This document shows, piece by piece, positions 53,400 to 64,000 of a stretch of DNA of 64,000 nucleotides. Source of the stretch: Dendrobates tinctorius (taxonomy: Eukaryota); NCBI RefSeq assembly GCF_039654945.1, contig NW_027361671.1, positions 67,084,001 through 67,148,000 of the forward strand. The letters run 5' to 3'. Numbering within the stretch: position 1 is the first letter of the stretch; each line of letters starts with the position of its first letter. Below the pieces are notes generated by a model. It ran no database searches, was not told where the DNA came from, and was given only the letters and a program-made list of their open reading frames with translations. Made by a program: the position numbers and the translations under genes.

Positions 53400-55930
53400 A
53401 CTTAAAGCAGCCACGGTCACAAGAATATGATGGTGGGAAACAGCAAATTTTGTCTAAGGAGGTAGAAGATTATGAGACACGGTTGCCGATAATTCAGGTT
53501 GTTGTTAAGTCACAAAGTCAGGAGGAACAGAGTGCGGGATGGAGGATTAGGTGGTGGATGACAAATTCACCGACCCAACCTAGGAAGCTGGCATGCAGAG
53601 CGTGGCCAGCAGTGCTGAGGGAGAGGGACTGGCAGCACCAAAACAGGCAGGAGGAGGCAATGGGGTGTCCAGAGGAAGAAGATGGGCAACTGTTCTGACA
53701 CTCGTTAATTTCTCCATCAAAGAGTTAGCTGTTTCACAGTTTGGAACTTTTTAAAGAAAGTTCTGAGACAAAATGAATGGTCATTTACAACATGTGCCAT
53801 GCTAAGATTAGCAGGGGCCTGACCAGTAAGAAACTAACCTCCACTAGCATGATCAGGCACATGACATCTAAGCACCCGACTCGGTTGGCCGAACGCCAGG
53901 GTTCACAGTTGGATGACACCAATTCCTCTTCCCCTGTGCTAGGTGCTTCCCAATCCCCAGTCCATGACACTGGTGCAGGTGCCTCCCTCCTCTCTGAGGC
54001 ACCATCATCAGGCACTTCCAAAATCTTGTTCCAGCACAGCGTTCAGCTGTCCCTTCCCCAAGCCCTGGAACAAAAAAGAATGCTCCCAGAAGCTCAAATG
54101 CTAAACGGGCACATTTCCCCCCTGCATGCCATGGAATTGTTGCCGTTTGAGCTTGTAGAAATGAAGATTTCTGCCAACCCATGAGGGCAGCCATCCCTCG
54201 TTACTTGGTCCCCAGCCACCACTATTTCTCCCAGTATGGCATACCCGCCTTGTAAAAGCACGTGTCCAGGAACATCACCCATGCTCTTACCAATGCAGCT
54301 ACTAGGATTGTACACTTAACGACCCACACATGGACAAGCGCTCGTGGCCACGGACGCTACATTTCTCTGTTGGCACACTATGTGAATATTGTGGAGGACA
54401 AGGCTGAATCTCACACTGGAATGACACATGTGCTACCAACACCGAGTATTGCTGACCATACTTCTATCAGGGTTTCCTCCACCTCCTACAGCAGATCCTG
54501 CACCCCCTCCTGCTCCTTCTCATCCTCCATCTCAGATTTGGTATTTCTGAAAATGTCATCCAAATAAGCCAGAAGCTGGAAGCTCTGTAGCACTACCTCA
54601 GCGAAGTGGCAACAGGCTCTGTTGAAGCTAATTTGTCAAGGAGACAAACTGCACACCAAAGACATAGCCGACCAGACAAATTAATGGTTCTCACTGCTGA
54701 ACCTTCAACCAGGCATGGTCGTGTGTGATAATGACCAAAACCTGGTGGTAGCAATGAAGCTTGGCAAGCTATGCTTGTCTCAGATGTTAAACTTGGTGGT
54801 TCAGCGGTATCTGAAAACATACACAGATTTGCCAGATCTTCGAGTCAAGGTACGCTGCATCAGCGTTCATTTCCACAAGTTGACTGCATCTGTCCCAGCT
54901 TTGGCAGTACTACAGCAGTGCATTTAAATGCCAGCATACCAACTCATGTGCAACATTGCCATGCCCTGGAACTCCATACTTCACATGTTGGCATGGTTTT
55001 GTGAGCAGCAGAGGTCAGTTGTCAAATAGCAGCTTCAACACGCCCGTCAGTATTCTGGACTGCCTCTGCACATAACAACTGAAGAGTGGGCATTGATGTC
55101 TGACATTTTTGAGGTTCTCCAAGACTTTGAGTACTCCACAAAGATGGTGACTGGCAATGACGCCATCATCAGCGCAACAATACCACTCAGCAGCCAACTT
55201 AAACAGTTGCTGCTCGCAATTAAAGCTGAAGCTTTGCATGAGTACCAGGTGTAGATGGAAAAAGACATGAGACAGAGAGATACTACCCAGCCCAACTTCA
55301 GATCATCTGCTCAGTGGAAAGATTGGGTAGCAATGAGGAGGGGGAGGCTGAGGAGGAGGAACTGGTTGCTAGCGTAACAATGACTGGTACCCACACAAGC
55401 TTCATTCCGTCTCTCCTACATGGATGGGCTGATGAGGGGAATGAGGAGGAAGAGATAGAGGTTTAGGAGATGGAGAGTAGTCATCATGCTTGAGACAGGA
55501 AAGTCTTGACTATAGGGAGCTTGACTTTATGTACCACTGCCTTTACTGTTACCCTTGCGTTACATTCATCTTGGCCAAAAAAGAGTAATAGTTGTTCACC
55601 CTGCTAGACCCATGCTTCATGGGGAACTTTGCATCTCTCCTCCCAGAGGCGGAGAGGTCTACAAAAATGGTGCTCTACCAGAAGGCCATTGTGGAAAATA
55701 TGTTGAAAAAATTAATATCAGAAAATGCTAGCAGCAAGAGGCAAGCTTCCTTGCTCAACCAAGGAAAAGAGGTGAGGGAGACACACACCAGGTACAGCAG
55801 AGTCAGGGTTATACTGTTCAAGACCCGGGTTAATTTCATGACACCCTCCCAGCATCCATGACCTGTTGATCGGGTATTTTTGACAAGGGGTAAAACGTTT
55901 TTAAAGTTGGCCAGGCAGGGCAGCATAACA
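53400..55930 (+). pseudogene. Degraded hAT transposase (BED finger + catalytic core)
   Basis: MCHAKISRG...SMIRHMTSKHP, VHLTTHTWTS..GHGRYISL, VVCDN, MLNLVVQ, TLLDP; many stops and frameshifts. Confidence 0.85.
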
Positions 55931-56019
55931 GAGATGTTATGCTGCCCTGCTACTAGGCTAGATTAGCCCTGACTTTACCTCACCACCAGATGACAACAGC
56001 ACATAGTGTTTTTAATCTT

Positions 56020-56800
56020 CAATATTTGAATGAGGCCCACCAGTTGTTGCCTTTAATGGACTGTAGATGACTACATTACCCTCCCTCTTATTTTTTTCAT
56101 GTTTTTCCATTTTGTGCAAAGCCTTTATGAGTCTAGGAATACATCAACTACACTTTAAAAAAATGAGGCCAGCAATTCTTGCCTTCAAGGGTCTATGGAT
56201 TACTACATTACCCTACTTATAATTTTTCCTGGTTTTGCACTGGGCACCAAGCCTTTATGAGTGTAGAATTTCCATAACTGCACTTTCTTAATTTTTTATG
56301 AGGTATTCCAGTTGTTGATTTCAAGGGTTTATGTATGACCCTCCTTATAATTTCCTTATGGCTTTGCACTGTCTGCAAAGCCTTTATGAGTGTAGAAGTT
56401 CCCCATCTATACTTTCTTTATTTTTTTTATAAGGCACTCCAGCTGATGCCTAGAAGGTTGTATGGATTACCCTGCTTGTGATTTTTTGCAGGCTTTTCAC
56501 TGTGTGCAGACCTTTTATGTGTGTGGGAGAATCACAGCTACATTTTGTTCACAATATTTGAAGAAAATGCTACAGTTGTTGCCTTGAGAATTGTATGGAT
56601 GACCCTGCTTGTAAATTCTGGCAGGCTTTGCACTTAGTGCAGACCTTTTTAGAGTATGGGATTACCACAACTACACTTTGTTCACAATATTTGAATAATG
56701 TGCTACAGTTGGTGCCATGAAGGGTGTATGCATGAACCTGTTTGTAATTTCTGGAAGGCTTTGCATAGCCTTTATGTGTCTAGGAGTACTACTGCATGAC
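56020..56800. repeat. Degenerate ~120-130 nt tandem repeat, ~6 copies (probably hAT subterminal)
   Basis: cagttgttgcctt...accct...gcctttatgagtgtag recurs. Confidence 0.7.
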
Positions 56801-56949
56801 AATTTGAACAGAATGTCTGAGTCCCCCCTTTATGTCTAATACTGGGTGTATCTGAGACCCTTTTGCATCATATTTTGGCAGTTATTTCCTCATTCATAAA
56901 TGGTATTGATATTTACATTTTTATAAAGATTTAAATTTTGGTTTACTTA

Positions 56950-56982
<33 letters not shown>

Positions 56983-57342
56983 CTATATATTGCTTATATA
57001 CAACTCATTATACTGTACAGGAAATAATGTTTCTTAACATTTTTTTTCCTGTAAACTCTGGTATTCACTCCTTCACCCCAGCATTTGTTGGCTAGTTGAT
57101 TGAGTTGACAAAAGAGATGTTATCTAGTCAAATGAGAAACTGAAGATGGGTACAATAACACAAAATTTTTTAGCAGGTAATATAGCCACAGAAATAGTCA
57201 GATTGAAGTCCAGATGCTCAGGTAGAGATGAGAGGCAGAAGGATATTCGAATCGTCCTGGGGAAGGCAGTCTAGAGGTTAATCAGCAAAGTAATCAAACT
57301 TAAGAAGCCGGTTCTGAATACAAAGGGTCGACTGGTGGTTAA

Positions 57343-57786
57343 AGAAACACTGAAATCAAAGTTTTCATCCCATTAATATATTGCAGTCATCATACTATAT
57401 AGCACTGTGTACTCACAATTGCTCATTTTGCCTTTCTACCCAGCTAATTCTTCTCTTTTCCTTGCTCTGTGTAGAAACAGAAGAAGTCTCTTGTTCCTGC
57501 AAAAATCATTCCCTTTTTCAACTTCTGGCCCAGTTGACCCCCTTCCCCCTTGACCAGGGGCTTTTGCAATGACTCATGATTTGTATAGGGAAAACTGACC
57601 TCCTGTTTCTACCTAGAGCTTAGATTTAGCTAGTCAATTTTTAATCATGTCATGTCATTGGCCTAATGGGAAAGAAAAGAATTTGCTGGCTAGAAAGGCA
57701 AAATGAACAGTTGTATTTACACAATGCTATATAATATGATGAATGCAATATATTAAGAGGATAATCATTTTGGTGGGAGTGGTTCT
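57343..57786. mobile_element. T2/Kolobok-type MITE
   Basis: TTAA flanks; agaaacac / gtggttct ends; long internal inverted arms (cattttgcctttcta / tagaaaggcaaaatg). Confidence 0.75.
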
Positions 57787-58195
57787 TTAAGCTTACAAGA
57801 GCAACATGAAATACAATAAGTGGGTCATAGAAATTTAGATAGGTTGCAGTTCTCCTGAACCTACCCTCCTATTAGTTCTCTGACCTGCTGCAACAATTAT
57901 TAGCTGATACAAGGGCTAGAAAAATACCTCCAAAAATACATTATATAACCCTTTTCAACAAAGGACACTTTTACTTAATTACGATTGTTTATTAATTCTG
58001 AATTCTAGACATACAATATTAAAATTAAAGGCAAAAAAGCAAAACAAAAAACAGATCATGCGGCAAAGATTTACATATATACAGCAAGTGCATGATTATA
58101 TGCAGGGTTGGACTGGCCCACCAGAGATGTAAGGATTCTGGACTTTCCTTTGTGCCTGTTTGCCCTGATCCAAGATGGAGTCTTGTATCTCACCC

Positions 58196-60394
58196 TGTCA
58201 TGGAACTTTCTGTCTGTCCTGATTATTTAAGTCCAGGTCGTATGCACCTCTTTGCCTGAGTATTTTGTTGCTGTTGGCTCCTGCTCTTCTGCTGGTGGAC
58301 TCCCTGCTGCTGCTTGTTACTTGGGGCTCTGTCTCTCCTTGTTCTGCTGCCTAAAGTCCTCTGGGCATCTCCCTGATGCTGTCTGTGCTTAACTACTGTC
58401 TGGACTTCTAGTTGGAGCTATTCGCCCCTGGAACTGCTGTGGCCTGTAAGGAATCCTGACATCCTCTTCTCCTCTAGGTTTGTGTTTGTGTGGGCTGCTG
58501 TGTGAGACTTGTGCGGGACTTAATGTCCAAAAGGTACACATAGTGACCTTCTCTTGTTAATGCATCTCCTGTATAAAGCTGGACTTCCACGTTTAAGTGC
58601 AGAGTGCATTCCCACCTTTATGATTGCTGGACTTCTGCACTTTAGTGCTGTGTGCGTGATCATTTTTAATATCGCTGAACTGTCTCATTAAATGCGGTGT
58701 GCTTACTCACATACTTTCTGCTGGACTCCTACGTTTAGAGCCTTGCACAAACCTGCGTTATATTACTATTGGACTGGTTGTGTTAGTGGTCGCATCCCAC
58801 TCTTCAGTTACTCTGGACATTTCTATATTGAGCTGTTTTCGTTACAATTGCAGGAAGTGCTCTGTTAGTTCTGCTTTACTTGCATTATTCCATATTGTGC
58901 TGTGTTTTTGTTACTATTGCAAGAAATGCCCTGTTAATTTTGTTACACTTGTTAAATATACTTATCTGCATCGACTTTGGTCTCAGTGTCATATTATTCC
59001 ACGCAAAGAGATTCTGTAGTACCCATATAACTGTTACAGGATATTCAGGCCCTTTAAGGAATCTGCTGGGATAATGTTGACTGAGACAAAGTTGGATCAG
59101 TTGTTCTCTATGATCCACTCTTTACTGGGGCATATAGAGGCTCTGCAAAACAAGGTTGCTAACTGGGAGGCCCATTTTGGAAAGCCCTTCAGGATTTAAG
59201 TAATTTGTATTTTGATGTGCATGCCGACCAATTCCTTAATTATCGATCCAAGATTTTATGTATAATCATATTACTTCCCAAGCTCTTGCGTGGGCAAGTC
59301 CGCTTATGGAGACTAGTGACCATCGTTGAATAACCTTGATGATTTTCTTGCGGCAATGTCTATGATGTTTGATGACCCTAATCGTCGCACTACAGCTGAG
59401 ACCGCCTTGTTATTTTTACATTAAGGTAAGCGTTCTGTCTTTGAATACGCTACTGAGTTTAGACGGCTGGTGGTGGATACGATTTGGGACTGTTACGCCC
59501 AATTACCCATTTTTAAGAGGGGATTGTCTAGTGCGATGTAAGACGAGTTAGCTCATGCAGATGCTCCACAAGAGTTAAACGCTTTTAGACAACATTGTGT
59601 AAACATTGATATACGAATTACTGAGCATAGGCAGGAGAGATTTGCAGCCTCTAATCGTGTCTCTAAAGGTACTGTCACACTTAGCGATGTACCAGCGATC
59701 CCGACCAGCGATATGACGCGGTCAGGATCGCTGGTACATCGCTAAGTGGTCGCTAGTGAGCTGCCACACAGGCAGATCTCACCAGCGACATCGCTGGGGA
59801 TGGGGGTCGCTACTTACCTGTCACACTAGGCGTTCCTGCGTCCTCTCGCCCGCGTCCACGCTCGTCGCTCCACAGGAAGCGCCGCAGGAAGCTGATGACG
59901 AGAAACAGTCCTGGATGTTCTCGCGTGATCAGTGATAACCAGCGGGGGAGCTGGTCGTAGGTAAGTATCAGACACAGCGATGTCGCTAGCAATATCGCTA
60001 TGATGTCACAAGTTATAGCGATATTGCTAGCGATATCGCTTAGTGTGACAGTACCTTAACTCTTCCTTTTCTCCTAAAGAACCTTCAGGCAAATCCTCTT
60101 GGGAGGCTGATTCAGTTCCTATGCAGGTGGATGCTTTACAGCAGCGTGAGAGTAACGAGAGCAGAGAGCATCGTTTTCGGGAAAGTCTGAGTTTTTACTG
60201 CGGTCAGTCAGATCACTTCCTTATCAACTGACCCAAACAGCCTTGCAAGGTACTGGCCACTGTTATTTTTCTGTGAATGCCATCTTTCATTCTCTGTTTG
60301 TGACTGCCTCTCCTAAAACACAGAGGGATAAAGAGACACATTGGTCCCTTCCCTTTAAGATCTGGTTGTCGGGACAATGGATTCCCTGTGCAGC
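58196..60394 (+). mobile_element. Degraded sushi-type Gypsy 5' part: LTR 58196-59038, PBS, gag remnant and start of protease
   Basis: TGTCA...TTACA LTR; AWASPLME, MFDDPNR, PMQVD and FYCG..DH motifs with stops. Confidence 0.78.
59667..60056. mobile_element. PIF/Harbinger-type MITE inserted in the gag remnant
   Basis: TIR aggtactgtcacact / agtgtgacagtacct with a TAA TSD. Confidence 0.88.
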
Positions 60395-61440
60395 TGTAGG
60401 GGTGGCGAGGGTCAGGCAAATTTAGGTGGTGATGCTGGTGATGATGCTGATAGGCGGGGAAGGTGTGCTGTGCTTAGGTGGTGCTGATCCAACAGGCTGG
60501 GGGGGTGACTGGAGACTGAGACAGGAAAGCATGTTCAACAGGTCCGTGTTTTATTCACACCCTCCTGACGACCTCCACAGTTCATGACAGGACTTTGACA
60601 ATTTTCTTCTCACACAGACCCGGGTACCTGTACTTGTTCTGTGTCACCGTCGTGGTGTCCTCTGCGGTTCTCCTCACTGTGGCTGCCCTAGGCACTTCCA
60701 CCGCAGCGTTTGCCCGATCAGAGTACACCGGTACCTATTCTGCTCAGACTGTCTCCATCTAATGCTCCTGTGTGCCTGGGTCACCCCCTGAGACCGTCTC
60801 TACTGTCTGGTGCTCCCTGAGGACTCTCTACTGCCTCTCTCCTAACAGCAGACCCTCCTTTCTTGTGAGCTTCCCTGGCTGACTGAAGCTTCTAGAAGCT
60901 TACCTCAGTCTTTATACTCACAGCCTAGGTAGCCCCGCCCACTGTCACCTGACAGTCACCTCTAACCAATGAGAGTGACCTCGACCTCTGGCAGTTACAT
61001 AACCTCTCTCATGGCAGTTATATACCTACCCTTCACAAGCTCTCCACTGCCCTCTAATGGTCACTCTCAATATGGCACCCTCTTTCTGATCTGAGTGCCT
61101 CTGTCTGGTCAACCTCCCCACATTCTCCCTTTAACCATTGTCATCCTCGACAATCTCCTCCTGGGGTGAAAGTGGTGTCAGAGACCTGGCACTGTCATGG
61201 TCGGCATCTGGGTCACACAGACCCTCTGTCACACAGACTCCTGGTCACACAGACTCCTGGTCAAACAGACCCTTGGTCACACAGACTCCTGGTCACACAG
61301 ACCCTTGGTCACACATACCCCTTACACATGTACCCGGTCTGTCTGTCCCCTTCTTGTCCCATAGTCCTTTCAACATGGAAAAGTCGTGGTCATCATACTC
61401 TTTGTACCTGGGACCTGCTGAACATATATTTTCTTGTTTA
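60395..61440 (-). mobile_element. Possible LTR-like insertion with a ~20-nt tandem repeat at 61208-61315
   Basis: Interrupts the protease remnant; minus-strand TATAAA (~60911) and AATAAA (~60550); ggtcacacagactcct repeats. Confidence 0.35.
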
Positions 61441-62635
61441 AAATAAATAACACCTTTCCACATTTGTTGCAATATGTTTTTATCAAAACAGAGCTCTCTC
61501 TTTTTTCTTTCTCTCTATTTTTTTTGTAACACAACAACATACCAGCCACTGCCTAGCTCGCTATTTATTTTACCAACCTAGCTATGAGTGAGACTATGTA
61601 TACTGGTATTTGCACAGTAGCGCCTTGTCTCTATTTCTAGAACTGATTACTGTTAGAAATGTGCTAGTGACTAATTTTAGTCTAGCATATCTATTATCTT
61701 AGTGCCTGCGCACCAGTGATGAGGAGCTCTTATATCCTTTTATTTGTGGTCGTCGTTCCTATAACTACAGATTATAGCACTGGGATAGACAAAAAGGTCA
61801 TTAGTTACCTTCTGGTCCTTCTTTTATAAGATCTGTATAAGAGTGTGTTAGATCCGCCCAGTTGGCTGGGCATAAAGTGTCCTGTTTATTTAACTGATCA
61901 TCATGGCGACTGAGCCCCGAACCAGCACGGTCTTTGTATAAGTACAGGCGCTTTAGATCACAGGTATTGCGCCTTATCATTGTTTTCTTCAGCGATGTGC
62001 GTCTATTGGTGACTATGGCAGCTGCATGACTAGTAATACAGTGGTTATCTACATCTCGCTCTGGCCGGGAGCACCTATGGGGGAGTGTTTTTGGTCATCG
62101 CCTACTCAGATAATTACTACAGTGAATGTGCTGCATATCTTTAGAATGCCCCCATAATTGTGTCTCTTCACCTATTTGTGACGCGCGCTTTGCTTATTAT
62201 ACGCCGACGCTTGTGCAGATAATCATCACAGCAAGTGAGCTGTATATCTTTGAGGGTTAATCGGTCACATGACCGCAAGCGTCCCCTTGATTGGTCTTTC
62301 TCATTTATTCGTGATGCACGCTTTGTCTACTATATGCCGACGCCTGCGCAGTAGGCTACTGCAGGCGGCTGCGCAGTAGCAATATTGAGCTCTCTCTCAC
62401 TTCCTGTATTCAGGATGTGTGCCTTGTCTCCCAGACACCGACGCTTGCGCAGTTGGCATTCTGTGACGTCACATGCCGCTGCTGTGAGCTGTCAGCCATA
62501 GCTATAGATCAGTGACTAACCGCTGACTCTCAGGTATATTGTATGTTAACCCTGTCATGGTAAGCAGCGGCGCAGCTGCTCCCTATCTACTAATTATGCA
62601 ACCATATATATTGACACAGCTGACTGGCAATCTGT

Positions 62636-62676
62636 ACCCCTGACAAAGCCACCTAGAGTGGCGACATGCGTCGGGT
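62636..62676 (+). ncRNA. Degenerate minimal hammerhead motif within a probable Penelope pseudo-LTR
   Basis: ACCC-CUGACAA-A-GCCAC(CUAGA)GUGGC-GACA-UGCG-UC-GGGU; stems intact, two core substitutions. Confidence 0.55.
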
Positions 62677-63391
62677 CTCTGGCTCTACCTGCCCCATTTC
62701 ACTTCTCATGGGTTTTGTATTGTGCTGATTTGTATGTGTGGTTATCATTTTGGGTAGTTATGGAGATTTTCTCTGTTCACTTCTCTCTAGCCCCTAATGG
62801 TCTGGCTGATCTGGTCCTTGATGTTCCCTATGCCTGATCTTGGGCTGGGGTACCTCTACGCATATATGAGGTCTATTTAGTGTGCATTTCTATCTTTTTT
62901 GTACACCTCATAGTGATCAGCATCTTCTTGGGTTTACATTATCCCTTGTACTGTTTTTTGTAATTATTTGGTTGGAATTGCATCATTTTTTCATTGTATT
63001 TGTATATTATTGGTGTTTCTGACTCATATGCTCTATATTACTTATGTGTGGGCTTAATAATTCTCCTATTGAGAATTCTGTTTACATGGACCTAGGGATA
63101 TAGGCATCATTCTCAGTGAGGGTGATAGTTGGTAGCAGGTGGGTTGCTCTATTATGAGCATTGTATTATTTGTGTATGTGTCACATTTGTGACCATTTTT
63201 AATGTTTTTAAGAAGTTTTGCTGTTTGCTGTGTTTAATAAAATGTGTATTATGTATGCTATGTCCTATTCAGGGTGATCCCCTGCTCATGGCCTATTTCT
63301 TTCTCTCCTTTTTGTCAAACATATGTACTATTTAGGTCTAGGTTGGATCCCCTTAATTATCCTTTTGGTGGTGCCCCCATTTCTTTGTTTC

Positions 63392-64000
63392 TCATGGCTG
63401 AATCAATACAGGGGCGTATATAAAACATTTTTTTAACAAAGAAAACACTGCAACAGCTGAGGCTGCCCAATACTTGATATCAGTCCCTTTCTTAGTTATA
63501 TCCGTGAGGGGCAAAGAAAACACTGCAACAGCTGAGGCTGACCAACACTTGATATCAGTCCCTTTCTTAGTTAAATCCGTGAGGGACTTGACCACCTGGG
63601 AGAATCCCCTTATGAACCTCTGATAATAATTGACAAACCCCAGGAAGCGTTGCAGACATTTCAGATCTCTGGGTTGAACCCAATCAACAATGGCCTGAAC
63701 CTTCCTTGGGTCCATACGGAACCCCTCAAAGGAAAGAATGAACCCAAGAAAGGATAGTTCCTGAACAAAAGATGAATACTTTTCTAGTTTAGCAAACAGG
63801 GAGTTCTCCCGGAGCCTCTGGAGAACCGCACGAAGGTGACCCATGTGAGTCTGTTTATCCGGCGAGTAGATTAAAATATCGTCCAGATAAACCACCATAA
63901 AACACCCAATAAAGTCAGCAAAAACAAGGTTAATAAAGTTCTGGCAAACTGTAGGCACATTAGTCAGACCGAAAGGCATAACCAAATTCTTAAAGAGCCC
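63392..64000 (-). pseudogene. Sushi-type Gypsy RT fragment
   Basis: MPFGLTNVP, VYLDDILIYS, LQRFLGFVNYY; homologous to 14730-15260. Confidence 0.92.

Overview
Eukaryotic, almost certainly anuran (frog) genomic DNA. The taxon is inferred from the repeat families, not checked by search. Most of the window is nested transposable elements: Gmr1-type and sushi/chromovirus-type Ty3/Gypsy LTR elements, CR1, L2 and RTE LINEs, Penelope-like elements with hammerhead motifs, V-SINEs, a Helitron, Harbinger, hAT, Tc1 and Kolobok/T2-type DNA elements, and minisatellites. Two spliced genes that the ORF track fragments can be assembled with canonical GT-AG introns and no stops. (1) A minus-strand 8-exon Ser/Thr kinase (~545 aa, 23902->19616) with an AGC/PKC-like catalytic domain. 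It has a non-RD catalytic loop (HSD), no activation-loop Thr and no AGC C-tail. Its N-terminus has four importin-alpha IBB-like helical repeats plus an RVxF (PP1-docking) motif; this is the most unusual item. (2) A plus-strand 6-exon MADF/Myb-SANT + BESS-like gene (~561 aa) inside a Harbinger element with no transposase. Other notable structures: Tf1-type self-priming signals in two LTR families, a gag-pol -1 frameshift hairpin, a 2A-like peptide in an L2 LINE, a 2.67-kb foldback hAT element, a snap-back duplication at a CR1 5' end, and a head-to-head fusion of two LTR elements. All coordinates were read by eye.
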